Assembly (NCBI RefSeq): GCF_044755025.1
Contig: NZ_JBIVQG010000012.1
Coordinates: 60,790 to 84,789 of the forward strand
Source of the DNA: Paenarthrobacter sp. NPDC092416
GTDB lineage: Bacteria; Actinomycetota; Actinomycetes; Actinomycetales; Micrococcaceae
DNA length: 24,000 nucleotides
Direction of reading: 5' to 3'
Shown here piece after piece: positions 1 through 8,998 of the stretch. The notes under the pieces were generated by a model. The model worked only from the letters and a program-made list of their open reading frames with translations. It had not been told where the DNA came from and searched no databases. Both the position numbers and the translations under genes were made by a program. Position 1 is the stretch's first letter. Each line of letters starts with the position of its first letter.

Positions 1-1664
1 ACGGAAGCAGCTACGAACCGTACTGGGACGACTGGGCCGCGCAGGAAGACGAATGGCTGGAAGCCGATCCCGTCATCAGCAGTGCGGACATCCGCGTGCA
101 GAACCGGGCGGACGGCCGCGCGCCGGACGACGTACTGCAAGCAATGCGGTACTTGCCGGCCCTGGCCGCGGTCCTCTCACCCGAGCTCAGCGCGCGCAGG
201 GGTCTGCAACTGCGGTCGGAACGGATCGACGCGACTCCGGACGCTGCTGCGCTTTTCCAGAACCTTTATGGCGACTCCGCCAACGCCGTCTGGTTGGATT
301 CCTCGAATGCATCCACGGCGCCCTCCGCGTCCGGCCAGGCCGCGGAGCGCAGCCGGTTCAGCATTCTGGCGGACGACGGCGGGACATTCGGTCAGTCTGT
401 ACTGCACCGGGCAGGGGCCACCCAGTTAACAGCGGGCTCCGCGACGGTTGAAACGTCCGGGCCGTTCTTCCGCTGGCTGGATTCGGTATGGGGCCGGCGC
501 GCGGTCCGCGCACCCCGAGGCTACGACGGCCAGTTCACCCTCGGCTGGCTCGGCTACCTGGGCTATGAACTCAAGCGTGAAACCGGCGGCAACGACGTCC
601 GCGCTGACACCCCCGACTCCGCACTCCTGTTCGCGGGCCGGGCAGTGGTGCTGGATCATCGCGAGCGCACCGTATGGCTGCTCGCCTTGGCCGCCCCCGA
701 CGCCGATGACTGGCTGCGCGAGGCGCGCACCGCCGTCGGGGCTGCTGCCGCCGCCGTCGAGCCGCCGGCTGCTGCCGTCGAGTTGCCGGCAAGTGGGCCG
801 TTAAGCGCAATTCCGGAGTTCGCCAGCCGCGACTCCGCCACGGATTACAAGAGCAAAATCGCCGAAGCCCAGCACGAAATCAGTGAAGGCAACTCATACG
901 AGGTCTGCCTGACCACCACGCTTGAGTCCAACGCCGCGGACCTTGACCCGTGGCAGAGCTACCTCGCGCTGCGACGCCGGAATCCGGCACCATTCGCCAG
1001 CTACCTGAAGTTCGGCGAACTCGTGGTCGCCAGCACCTCGCCGGAGCGGTTCCTTCGCATCCATTCCGACGGCGGCATGCGGGCCGAGCCCATCAAGGGC
1101 ACCCGCCGCCGCTCCCAGGACCCCGCCGCCGACGCCGAGTTGCGCCGCGAGCTGGAGGCATCGTTGAAGGACCGCGCGGAAAACATCATGATCGTGGACC
1201 TGCTGCGGAACGACCTCAGCCACTTCGCCACACCGGGTTCGGTGACCGTCAGCCGACTGTGCGCCATCGAAAGCTACGCCACCGTCCACCAGATGGTGAG
1301 CACCATCGATGCCCATCTTCGTCCGGGAGCTCCCCGTGCCGAAGCCGTTGCCGCGGCGTTCCCTGCCGGCTCCATGACGGGGGCTCCGAAGATCAGCACC
1401 ATGGACATTTTGGATCGCCTCGAGTCAGGGCCACGCGGCATCTATTCGGGCGCCATCGGCTACTTTTCGCTGAACGCGGCTACGGACCTCGCCGTCGTGA
1501 TCCGCTCGCTGGTGATACATCCCGACGGCGACGGCAAGCAGACGCTGAGCCTCGGCGTCGGTGGGGCCATCACCGCGGACTCAGTGGCCGACGATGAGTA
1601 TGAGGAAATCCGCACCAAGGCTTTTGGGGTGTTGTCGACGCTCGGAGCCACGTTCCCCGAGTGA
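1..1664 (+). CDS. pabB: Aminodeoxychorismate synthase component I (PabB), 5'-truncated by the window edge
   Basis: Frame 3 is open from nt 3 to TGA 1662-1664. The ORF-track start at 96 is only the first in-frame GTG. Chorismate-utilising core motifs are present: SPERFLR, PIKGT (Lys is the ADC-synthase hallmark; anthranilate synthase has PIAGT), AFPAGSMTGAPK and GIYSGAIGY. The upstream part (possibly a fused PabA amidotransferase domain) lies outside the window. Confidence 0.85.
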   Translation, partial: GSSYEPYWDDWAAQEDEWLEADPVISSADIRVQNRADGRAPDDVLQAMRYLPALAAVLSPELSARRGLQLRSERIDATPDAAALFQNLYGDSANAVWLDSSNASTAPSASGQAAERSRFSILADDGGTFGQSVLHRAGATQLTAGSATVETSGPFFRWLDSVWGRRAVRAPRGYDGQFTLGWLGYLGYELKRETGGNDVRADTPDSALLFAGRAVVLDHRERTVWLLALAAPDADDWLREARTAVGAAAAAVEPPAAAVELPASGPLSAIPEFASRDSATDYKSKIAEAQHEISEGNSYEVCLTTTLESNAADLDPWQSYLALRRRNPAPFASYLKFGELVVASTSPERFLRIHSDGGMRAEPIKGTRRRSQDPAADAELRRELEASLKDRAENIMIVDLLRNDLSHFATPGSVTVSRLCAIESYATVHQMVSTIDAHLRPGAPRAEAVAAAFPAGSMTGAPKISTMDILDRLESGPRGIYSGAIGYFSLNAATDLAVVIRSLVIHPDGDGKQTLSLGVGGAITADSVADDEYEEIRTKAFGVLSTLGATFPE

Positions 1665-3137
1665 TTACTGGAGCGTCGCCGTCAATCGGGCCACGTTATC
1701 CACATACTTGGCCAGGGTAGGTCTCTGCATCCAATCGCCAAGGGTAAGCTCACGGGACACCTCGCGGTAGGTGGACTCCACGGACCGCATGAGGTCCACG
1801 GTTTCGGCGCCCAGGAGCATCACCGAGACCTCCATGTTCAAGGAGAAGGAGCGCATGTCCATGTTGCTGGATCCGAGTACGGCCACTTCCTCATCGATGG
1901 TGAAATGCTTGGCGTGGAGCACGTACGGAGCCCGGTACAGGTAGATCCGGACGCCTGCTCCCAAAAGGGCTTCGTAGTAGGAGCGCTGGGCGTGATGGAC
2001 CAGGAACTGGTCGCCCTTTTCGGAGACGAAGAGCTCCACATCGACGCCTCGTTGTGCCGCTGTAGTAATGGCGTACAGCAGGGAATCGTCGGGGACGAAG
2101 TACGGGCTGCAGATGGAAATGCGGTGCTGCGCCGAGTAGATGAGCGTGTTGAACAGTCGCAGGTTGTTCTCTGTCGCGAATCCCGGGCCACTTGGGACCA
2201 CCTGGGCAGTGACCCGTCCGGGCGAGGGCTGGGTCGGCAAGCGGAGCTGGTTCTCCAGTGACTCGTCTGTTTCGCTGAGCCAGTCCGTGGCAAAGACGAC
2301 GTTGAGGGTGGCCACAATGGGGCCCTCAAGGCGGGCCATGAGCTCCACCCACTGACGTCCGGCCCGGCGATGCTTGGGGTTGTTATAGGAGGGCTCGATC
2401 AGGTTCTGCGAGCCCGTAAAGGCCAGCACGCCATCGATCACCAGGATTTTGCGGTGGTTGCGGAGGTCCGGGCGTCGCCACTGGCCGTGGATGGGGAGCA
2501 ACGGCAGCATCCGTCGCCACTGAATCTTGCCCGCTTTGAGCCTGCGGACCAGCCTGCGATAGCCCTTGATGCGCAGCGTGCCGATGTGGTCGAACAGCAG
2601 CCGAACCGTGACACCACGTCCGGCAGCGTTCTCCAGTTCCGTGAACAGCTCGTCAGTCACCGCGTCACTGCTCATGATGTAGAACTCCGCGTTGACGTAC
2701 TCCTTTGCACCGCGGACAGCATCGGCCATGGCTTTGATGGACTCTTGGTAGCCGGGGATCAGCTCTACCTTGTTGCCATCAACCATGGGCAGCGAGCCAA
2801 GGCGGTGGTTCAGCTCACCGGCGGACTTCACCCATTCCGGGCCGGAGTAAGTGCTCACGGGATCAGACAGCTCAGAGGTGACGGCCCGAACGCGATCGTT
2901 GACTTCTTCCTGCTGCTCACGCCGGCGCTTGGACAACCGGAAGTTGCCAAAGAGCAGGAAGAGCACAAAGCCGACGGAGGGGATGAGGAAAACGGCCAGG
3001 AGCCAGGCCATGGCGGTGGTGGGGCGACGGTTGCCGGGGATGATGCCCAGGAGCACAATGCGCATGATCACTTCCGTGATGGCCCATGCGCCCAGAAGCC
3101 AGGTCCACTCCAAGCCAATCGGAAACGGAAAAAGCAC
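1665..3137 (-). CDS. cls: Cardiolipin synthase (phospholipase D superfamily)
   Basis: Two HKD motifs are present (HRKILVIDG...GSQN and HAKHFTIDE...GSSN). The N-terminal hydrophobic pair followed by FRLSKRRRE resembles ClsA. The ORF-track start at 3410 would run through the divergent pabC-like start. GTG at 3137 gives about 490 aa and leaves a 96-bp divergent intergenic region; the exact start is uncertain. Confidence 0.85.
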   Translation of the reverse strand: MLFPFPIGLEWTWLLGAWAITEVIMRIVLLGIIPGNRRPTTAMAWLLAVFLIPSVGFVLFLLFGNFRLSKRRREQQEEVNDRVRAVTSELSDPVSTYSGPEWVKSAGELNHRLGSLPMVDGNKVELIPGYQESIKAMADAVRGAKEYVNAEFYIMSSDAVTDELFTELENAAGRGVTVRLLFDHIGTLRIKGYRRLVRRLKAGKIQWRRMLPLLPIHGQWRRPDLRNHRKILVIDGVLAFTGSQNLIEPSYNNPKHRRAGRQWVELMARLEGPIVATLNVVFATDWLSETDESLENQLRLPTQPSPGRVTAQVVPSGPGFATENNLRLFNTLIYSAQHRISICSPYFVPDDSLLYAITTAAQRGVDVELFVSEKGDQFLVHHAQRSYYEALLGAGVRIYLYRAPYVLHAKHFTIDEEVAVLGSSNMDMRSFSLNMEVSVMLLGAETVDLMRSVESTYREVSRELTLGDWMQRPTLAKYVDNVARLTATLQ

Positions 3138-3233
3138 TCGACAACCCCCACGGTCAAAGAACAAACGGTGACCACAGCCTATCTGTCTGCCCCGCCGGAG
3201 GGCCGCACCGGAGGGCCGCACTAAGCTGGGAAC

Positions 3234-4175
3234 ATGACTTCTCCTGCTCCGACGGTCCTCGTTTTCCTGGACCCGGCCTTCGAAAACGGCCGCGTTGCCG
3301 ACTCCAGCCAGCCCCAACTCATGGCCACGGACTTGGGCGCTACCCGCGGCGACGGCGTGTTCGAGTCGCTCCTGGCCGTGCAAGGCCGCGCCCGGAAAGT
3401 GCAGGCCCACCTGAACCGTCTAGGTACTTCGGCGCAGGCTCTGGACCTGGCGATTCCTGAGCAGGATGCCTGGCGTAAGGCAATCGACACGGCGATCACG
3501 GAGTTCCGCAGCGTCTATCCGGCCCCGACGCCGGAAGAGGACGAGGTGGTCGTCAAGCTGATCGTGACCCGCGGTGTTGAGGGTGCGGCAAGCCCCACGT
3601 GCTGGGTTCAGGCTTCGCCCTCACCCGCCGGCAGCCGCCGACAGCGCGAGACGGGCATCGACGTCGTGCTTCTGGACCGCGGTTTCGACACCGAAGCCGG
3701 CGAGCGTGCGCCGTGGTTGCTGCTGGGCGCCAAGACGCTCTCGTATGCCGTCAACATGGCGGCGCTGCGCTACGCCCACAAACAGGGCGCCGATGACGCC
3801 ATCTTCACCTCCACAGACGGACGCGTTCTGGAAGGGCCGACGTCCACCGTGTTGCTGGCCCATCTGGAAACGATCGACGACGGTGAAGGTTCGGTCAGGA
3901 CTGTTCGGCGCCTGATCACGCCGCAACATGACAGCGGTATCCTTCCTGGCACGTCGCAGGGCGCATTGTTCGCCGCGGCCAAGGCAGCTGGGTGGGAGCT
4001 CGGATATGGACCGCTCGTACCCCAGGACCTGTTTGATTCAGATGCCGTCTGGCTCATTTCGAGCATTCGCTTGATCGCGCCCGTGAACCACATCAATGGC
4101 CACGAAATCGGTACGCCGGCAGTGCGGAAACAGCTCACCGCGGAACTGAACGAGCTCTTCGCAGGGATCGAATAG
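3234..4175 (+). CDS. pabC: Class IV (BCAT/DAAT fold) aminotransferase family, probable aminodeoxychorismate lyase
   Basis: The N-terminal DLGATRGDGVFESL...HLNRL pattern and overall length are typical of fold-type IV PLP enzymes. The PabC assignment rests on the pabB neighbour (context inference). Confidence 0.7.
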   Translation: MTSPAPTVLVFLDPAFENGRVADSSQPQLMATDLGATRGDGVFESLLAVQGRARKVQAHLNRLGTSAQALDLAIPEQDAWRKAIDTAITEFRSVYPAPTPEEDEVVVKLIVTRGVEGAASPTCWVQASPSPAGSRRQRETGIDVVLLDRGFDTEAGERAPWLLLGAKTLSYAVNMAALRYAHKQGADDAIFTSTDGRVLEGPTSTVLLAHLETIDDGEGSVRTVRRLITPQHDSGILPGTSQGALFAAAKAAGWELGYGPLVPQDLFDSDAVWLISSIRLIAPVNHINGHEIGTPAVRKQLTAELNELFAGIE

Positions 4176-4428
4176 GCCCTGCCGCCTCTGGAGTGGGTTC
4201 ACGGGCCCCGCTGGGAACTTAGCAGATAGCAAGTAGAGTAATTGCTCGCATGACTTATTGATTAGGAATTCTTAGCCTCGGCTGGGGCCTCAAACGGGGT
4301 TCAATCGCGTTCCTTATCCTCCTTGAAATGGGTGTCCGTCATGTGATGAATCTTGTTCTCGTGTTAGTTGGATCACTCCAACGCGTACGACATTTCACAG
4401 ACTTTGCTGTCTACTTCCCGGAGGGAAC

Positions 4429-5883
4429 ATGGGACACAGCTCCCCCACAACTGCCGAGGCATCGGCAACCGAGGCGCAGTCCGAGACTGTAGCCCCGCAG
4501 GCAGGACTTCGCCGGTCCATGGAGGCCCGGCACCTGGTGATGATTGCGATGGGCGGCGTCATAGGCTCCGGCCTGTTCGTCAGTTCCGGTTACACCATCG
4601 CCACAGCAGGTCCCTTGGGCGCAGTCCTTGCATTCCTTATCGGCGCCGTCGTGGTCTATCTGGTCATGGCATGTCTCGGGGAGCTCGCTGTTGCGTTCCC
4701 CGTTTCCGGCGCCTTCCACATCTACGCTGCCCGCACCATCGGCCCGGCCACCGGTTTCGCCACGGCCTGGCTCTATTGGCTGTGTTGGGCAGTGGCCCTG
4801 GGCTCGGAGTTCACCGCCGCCGGACTTCTCATGCAGCGCTGGTTCCCGGGCGTCGACGTCTGGATCTGGTGCTTCGTCTTCGCCACCGTCCTCTTCACCT
4901 TGAACGCCATTTCATCGCGCGTCTTTGGTGAATCGGAGTTCTGGTTCGCGCTCATCAAGGTCGCCGCCGTCGTCGGCCTGATCATCCTGGGCGGTGCCGC
5001 CCTGATGGGCTTCCACCCGCTCGCCGCAGGCGAATATCCGTCGCTCACCAGCAACTTCAGTACGCCGGACGGGCTCTTCCCCAATGGCTTCACGGGTGTC
5101 TTCGTCACCACACTGGCCGTCTTCTATGCCTTCTCGGGATCCGAACTGATCGGTGTGGCCGCGGGTGAAACCGCCAACCCCGGCGTAACGATCCCGAAGG
5201 CGATGCGGACCACGGTTATTCGCCTCATGATCTTCTTCGTCGGCGCGATCACCGTCATCGCAGCCACCATCCCCTACGAAAAGGTCAGCGTGGACGAAAG
5301 CCCGTTCGTCACGGTCTTCTCGATGCTCGGCATTCCTTTCGCAGCGGACATTATGAACTTCGTGATCATCACGGCGCTGCTCTCGGCCGGCAACTGCGGC
5401 CTGTATTCGTGCGCCCGAATGCTCTTCTCGCTCGCCGACGAAGGGCATGCACCCAAGGCGTTCAGGAAACTGACCAAGCGCGGCATTCCCATGATCGCCC
5501 TGTGCGTCAGCATGCTCGGTGGCCTGGCATCGCTGATCAGCAGCATCGTTGCGCCCGCAACGGTCTACCTGGTGCTCGTCTCCATCGCAGGCTTTGCAAC
5601 CGTGGGAGTGTGGATGTCCATTGTGGCCTCGCACTTCGTATACCGGCGGACGTTCGTCAAAAACGGTGGCGACCTCAGCACGCTCCCGTACAAGGCGCCG
5701 CTCTTCCCGCTGGTTCCGATCCTGGCCTTCGCGTTGTGCGTAGTCTCGCTGGTCGGCATCGCGTTCGACCCCAACCAGGTGGCGGCACTGCTGTTCGGAG
5801 TTCCGTTCGTCGGGGCCTGCTATGCGTTCTTCTACTTCAAATACGGACGACGGCGGTCGCTCAGGAAGGCGCTCAAGGCGTAG
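4429..5883 (+). CDS. APC-superfamily amino acid permease (LysP/AroP-like, 12-TM type)
   Basis: Motifs RHLVMIAMGGVIGSGLFVSSG, GELAVAFPVSGAF and FGESEFWFALIKV closely resemble the AAT family (E. coli LysP-like). A strong SD (GGAGGG, 4419-4424) precedes ATG 4429. Substrate cannot be determined from the sequence. Confidence 0.85.
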   Translation: MGHSSPTTAEASATEAQSETVAPQAGLRRSMEARHLVMIAMGGVIGSGLFVSSGYTIATAGPLGAVLAFLIGAVVVYLVMACLGELAVAFPVSGAFHIYAARTIGPATGFATAWLYWLCWAVALGSEFTAAGLLMQRWFPGVDVWIWCFVFATVLFTLNAISSRVFGESEFWFALIKVAAVVGLIILGGAALMGFHPLAAGEYPSLTSNFSTPDGLFPNGFTGVFVTTLAVFYAFSGSELIGVAAGETANPGVTIPKAMRTTVIRLMIFFVGAITVIAATIPYEKVSVDESPFVTVFSMLGIPFAADIMNFVIITALLSAGNCGLYSCARMLFSLADEGHAPKAFRKLTKRGIPMIALCVSMLGGLASLISSIVAPATVYLVLVSIAGFATVGVWMSIVASHFVYRRTFVKNGGDLSTLPYKAPLFPLVPILAFALCVVSLVGIAFDPNQVAALLFGVPFVGACYAFFYFKYGRRRSLRKALKA

Positions 5884-5935
5884 GTTCCCGCGACCTTCTT
5901 GGAAGCCGCGCCTTCCTGACCTTCTTTGACTACGG

Positions 5936-5984
5936 ATCAGCCCCTAGGCAACCATTTCGGGTTGCCTAGGGGCTGATGTTGTTT
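5936..5984. terminator. Perfect 18-bp stem / 6-nt loop hairpin between convergent genes (intrinsic terminator candidate)
   Basis: ATCAGCCCCTAGGCAACC (5936-5953) is the exact reverse complement of GGTTGCCTAGGGGCTGAT (5960-5977). The loop is ATTTCG and a weak T-tract GTTGTTTG follows on the + strand. It sits between the permease stop (5883) and the CMD-family stop (6014). Confidence 0.7.
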
Positions 5985-6013
5985 GAAAGTCGGTCACGAC
6001 GGAACGCGCACTC

Positions 6014-6496
6014 CTATTTCTTGGCCGTGCGCACCGGGTGCTCGCTCAGGATGGACAAGCGGTTGAAGGCGTTGATCCCAATGGCTGCCAGACACAACAC
6101 GCTGATTTGCTCGTCGGTGTAGTGCTGCCGGGCGCGTTCGAAGAGTTCCGGGCTCGGTCGCGATGTACTCATGCGGGTGATCTGCTCAGTGATTTCCATG
6201 GCGACCCGCTCGGCCGGTTCAAACATTGGCACTTCCTTGTAGACGGCCACCAAGGACAGACGCTGTTCCGTTTCGCCATACCCCAAGGCTCGGCGATGGT
6301 GCAGGTCCAGGCAGAATGCGCAGCCGTTAATCTGCGAGGCGAGGTAGTTCAGCAGTTCGATGGTCCGGCGCGGAATACCTGTTCGGTCCGCTTCCCCAAC
6401 CACCTGCTGTGCGTAGTGGCTCAACGTCGCGTAGAGCTCTGGCTGCTGCTTGTCCAGATAGCCGGCAAGGCGTGGTTTCTTTTCCTGATCGGGCAT
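6014..6496 (-). CDS. Carboxymuconolactone decarboxylase / AhpD-like family protein
   Basis: 160 aa with the AhpD-core CxxC signature in NGCAFCLDLHHR. Size and helical character are typical of the CMD family. Confidence 0.8.
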   Translation of the reverse strand: MPDQEKKPRLAGYLDKQQPELYATLSHYAQQVVGEADRTGIPRRTIELLNYLASQINGCAFCLDLHHRRALGYGETEQRLSLVAVYKEVPMFEPAERVAMEITEQITRMSTSRPSPELFERARQHYTDEQISVLCLAAIGINAFNRLSILSEHPVRTAKK

Positions 6497-6848
6497 GGTT
6501 GGAGCCTAGCGCACGGGCCTGCCCTGCGGGCTCCGGAGAGTGTCCACCGGGCAGCCGACCCGAGCCCGCGAAACCCCGTTTATTATCCAAGAATTCGTGG
6601 TTATCGACTTTATATGACAGCCAATTACCGTTTCCATTAAGTGATACTTAACTACTGATCAAAGAGGGTTTGAGTGCCGCGGCGGATTCATGAAAATACA
6701 TTCACAACTTCTATTGCGCGCGCATTCCAACAGTGATTCACTAAGGCGCAGTGATCCCTGCTGGGGCGGGAGAACTCCCTCTCTGTCCGGCGGGACACCC
6801 TGTTTCCACTATGACGTGAAAACAGCAATGTTGATGGAGGGCATCATT

Positions 6849-8597
6849 GTGAGTGCAGTTTCTTCGTCCCAGAATTTCAACCACGGGTTTCCCACGCCCG
6901 GCCCCCAGGATCCTTCCCCGCAGAAGGTCATGGACCACGTGTTTTTCCTCAATCAGGAAGAATGGAAAGACGTCCGCGAAACGGAGCAATTCGACCATAT
7001 TGTCATCGGCAGCGGGTTCTGTGGTTACGCCTTCGCCGAGAGGACGTTGACCGTAAATCCGCATGCCAGGATCCTCGTCATTGAGCGTGGCCCGTTCTTC
7101 CTGCCACAGCACTTCCAGAACCTGCCATTGCCCTATCGCGAGACCCTGGGCGGGCTCTCCGAAACTTTCCCGTGGACCTTGGCGGCAGCCACCGCCAACC
7201 AGCCTGCCGGCAAGATCTCGTGGCAGCACGGAATGGTCCCCTTCTATGGAGGCCGCTCCATTATGTGGAGCGCGTGGTGTCCACGCCCCGAGGAGGACGA
7301 GATGCGTGGCTGGCCACGCGCGGTCATGGATGCTGCAAAAGCCCACTTCAGCAGTGCCGAGGATTTGCTGAATGTGGTCAGCGCCGACCAAATCGACGCC
7401 GGCGCGTCGGCCGACGTCGTGGATCTCATCAACAACACCCGGCCCGTCTACGGGATCATGCAGAAGGCGCTCCAGGACCGGCTCGCCGTTGGCTTGCACA
7501 AGATCGACTCCGCGACCCGCTCCATGCCCGCGCCGCTGGCCGCGGCTTCGGGCGCCACTTCGGGCATCGACTTCGCCAAGTTCTCCACGCCAGCGGTCCT
7601 GCTTGAACTCTCGGACAGGCAGCAACGGTTGGCAGCTGCGGGCAAGGGATCGCCGCTCCGCATCGTCACGGACTGCACCGTGAAGAGCATCGTCCAGCAG
7701 AACGGTCAGGCCACTGCGCTCGATACCTCCCGGGGCGTGGTGAACATCGGCGGCGCCAATCTGGTGCTGGCCATGGGCACCCTGCCACCTGCCACGCTCG
7801 TGCTGAATTCCTTCCCGGATGTGCCCGGAGTTGGCGAGCAGTTCAGCGCCCACTTCATCACGTCCGTGGTGGCCAGGGTCCCCCGCAAGGACTACGACTT
7901 CAGCGAGGCACTGGGCGAACTGGAACTGGCGGCCATCTACATGGCAGGCATGAGTCCGGCCGGCATGCAGTACCACGTGCAGCTCTCCGTGCTCTCGGAC
8001 CGGAGTCCGGACAAGAATGCGCAGAAGTCCGAGCGGTACGCCCCGGACGTCGTCGCAACAGCGTCTCTGGCACAATTGCAGTCCTCCGAGGACTACTTGG
8101 TGTTCGTGTGCGCGGTTCTGGGCGAGCTGGACATCGATAATCCGGAGAATCACCTGCGCCACACCGGCGGAGCGGACCCCACCAGCAACGTGACGCTTCA
8201 GGTGCTGGCCAACTCCACCGACGACGCCACCTGGGACACCATGGATGAGGGCACCTTCCAGATGTTGGAGCGCGTGCTCTCGCCTGACGGAGCCGACCAT
8301 GTGGAGTACTGGCACGGGGATCCTGATACGGGAACGTGGGGCCTGGACCGCCCCAGTATTCCCGAACGCCGCGTCCCGGGGTTGGTGCACGAGAGCTCCA
8401 GCCTTCCAATCGGCGACGAGGAGAACTCCACCGTCGGCACCGACTACCGCCTCAACGGCGTCGACAATGTCTTTGTCGCAGGCGGTTCCCTGTGGCCGAC
8501 GGGCGGATCCTGGAACCCGACCATGACCATGGTCGCGTTGACGCAGGATCTTGCCGAACGTCTGGAGGCCGACGGCGGCACGGGAGATGCGCTGTGA
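6849..8597 (+). CDS. GMC-family FAD-dependent oxidoreductase (pyranose-oxidase / cholesterol-oxidase-like)
   Basis: N-terminal Rossmann motif DHIVIGSGFCGYAFA followed by VIERG. C-terminal GMC signature NVFVAGGSLWPTGGSWNPTMTMVALT with HESSSLPIG upstream. The start is set to GTG 6849 because GGAGG (6836-6840) lies 8 nt upstream. The ORF-track start at 6690 lies in AT-rich, non-coding-looking sequence. Confidence 0.8.
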   Translation: MSAVSSSQNFNHGFPTPGPQDPSPQKVMDHVFFLNQEEWKDVRETEQFDHIVIGSGFCGYAFAERTLTVNPHARILVIERGPFFLPQHFQNLPLPYRETLGGLSETFPWTLAAATANQPAGKISWQHGMVPFYGGRSIMWSAWCPRPEEDEMRGWPRAVMDAAKAHFSSAEDLLNVVSADQIDAGASADVVDLINNTRPVYGIMQKALQDRLAVGLHKIDSATRSMPAPLAAASGATSGIDFAKFSTPAVLLELSDRQQRLAAAGKGSPLRIVTDCTVKSIVQQNGQATALDTSRGVVNIGGANLVLAMGTLPPATLVLNSFPDVPGVGEQFSAHFITSVVARVPRKDYDFSEALGELELAAIYMAGMSPAGMQYHVQLSVLSDRSPDKNAQKSERYAPDVVATASLAQLQSSEDYLVFVCAVLGELDIDNPENHLRHTGGADPTSNVTLQVLANSTDDATWDTMDEGTFQMLERVLSPDGADHVEYWHGDPDTGTWGLDRPSIPERRVPGLVHESSSLPIGDEENSTVGTDYRLNGVDNVFVAGGSLWPTGGSWNPTMTMVALTQDLAERLEADGGTGDAL

Positions 8598-8998
8598 CCG
8601 CGGTTCCGGCTCTGGATCCGGCGGTCCTGCCCACCTTGCCGCCGATGACAGTCGCCGACGTCCTGGCCAGGCAGGACGGCGTCTATTGGGTGGTCAAGGA
8701 CGCAAACTCCGTATTCCTGTGGGTCAACCAGAACTTCGCCGACCTCGTAGGAATGACCAAGGCCGAACTGATCGGTCATCAGGACTCCAGGGCAGCCCAC
8801 GTTGCCCACGACAAGGAGGTGATGGCCAGCGGCAAGCCGTTGCTCAACTTCCACGAAGTCATTGAAGTTCCGCTGAAGGATGGCGGGACTGTGAACGTTG
8901 ACATCGTGACCCAGAAGGGGCTGCTGCGGTCGCTGGACACGGGCGCAATCATCGGGATCACTGTCTGCTTCTCGCTCGCGGATCCTCCCAATGACTGA
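8594..8998 (+). CDS. Stand-alone PAS domain protein (no output domain)
   Basis: The pattern VYWVVKDANSVFLWVNQNFADLVGMTKAELIGHQD...GKPLLNFHEVIEVPLKDGGTVNVDIVTQKGLLRS..GAIIGITVCF fits a single PAS fold. GTG 8594 overlaps the GMC stop (GTGA). ATG 8645 is an alternative start. Confidence 0.65.
   Translation: MTAVPALDPAVLPTLPPMTVADVLARQDGVYWVVKDANSVFLWVNQNFADLVGMTKAELIGHQDSRAAHVAHDKEVMASGKPLLNFHEVIEVPLKDGGTVNVDIVTQKGLLRSLDTGAIIGITVCFSLADPPND

Noticed and set aside
4298-4306. GGTTCAATC resembling a tRNA T-arm / T-loop
   Set aside because: The flanking bases cannot form the T-stem, acceptor or anticodon arms, so no cloverleaf can be drawn.
4176-4428. Lysine (L-box) riboswitch upstream of the LysP-like permease
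   Set aside because: I could not find the conserved L-box core elements (such as the GAGGCGC-type junction sequences), so it is left only as an unexplained AT-rich leader.
6690-6848. N-terminal extension of the GMC ORF (MKIHSQLLL...)
   Set aside because: The extension lies in AT-rich sequence with non-genic codon usage. A strong SD (GGAGG) sits 8 nt before the internal GTG 6849, just ahead of the Rossmann motif.
6741-8390. 549-aa minus-strand ORF antisense to the GMC oxidoreductase
   Set aside because: This is a typical high-GC shadow ORF. The product is Arg/Gly/His/Pro-rich and low-complexity with no recognisable motifs, whereas the + strand encodes a clear GMC enzyme.
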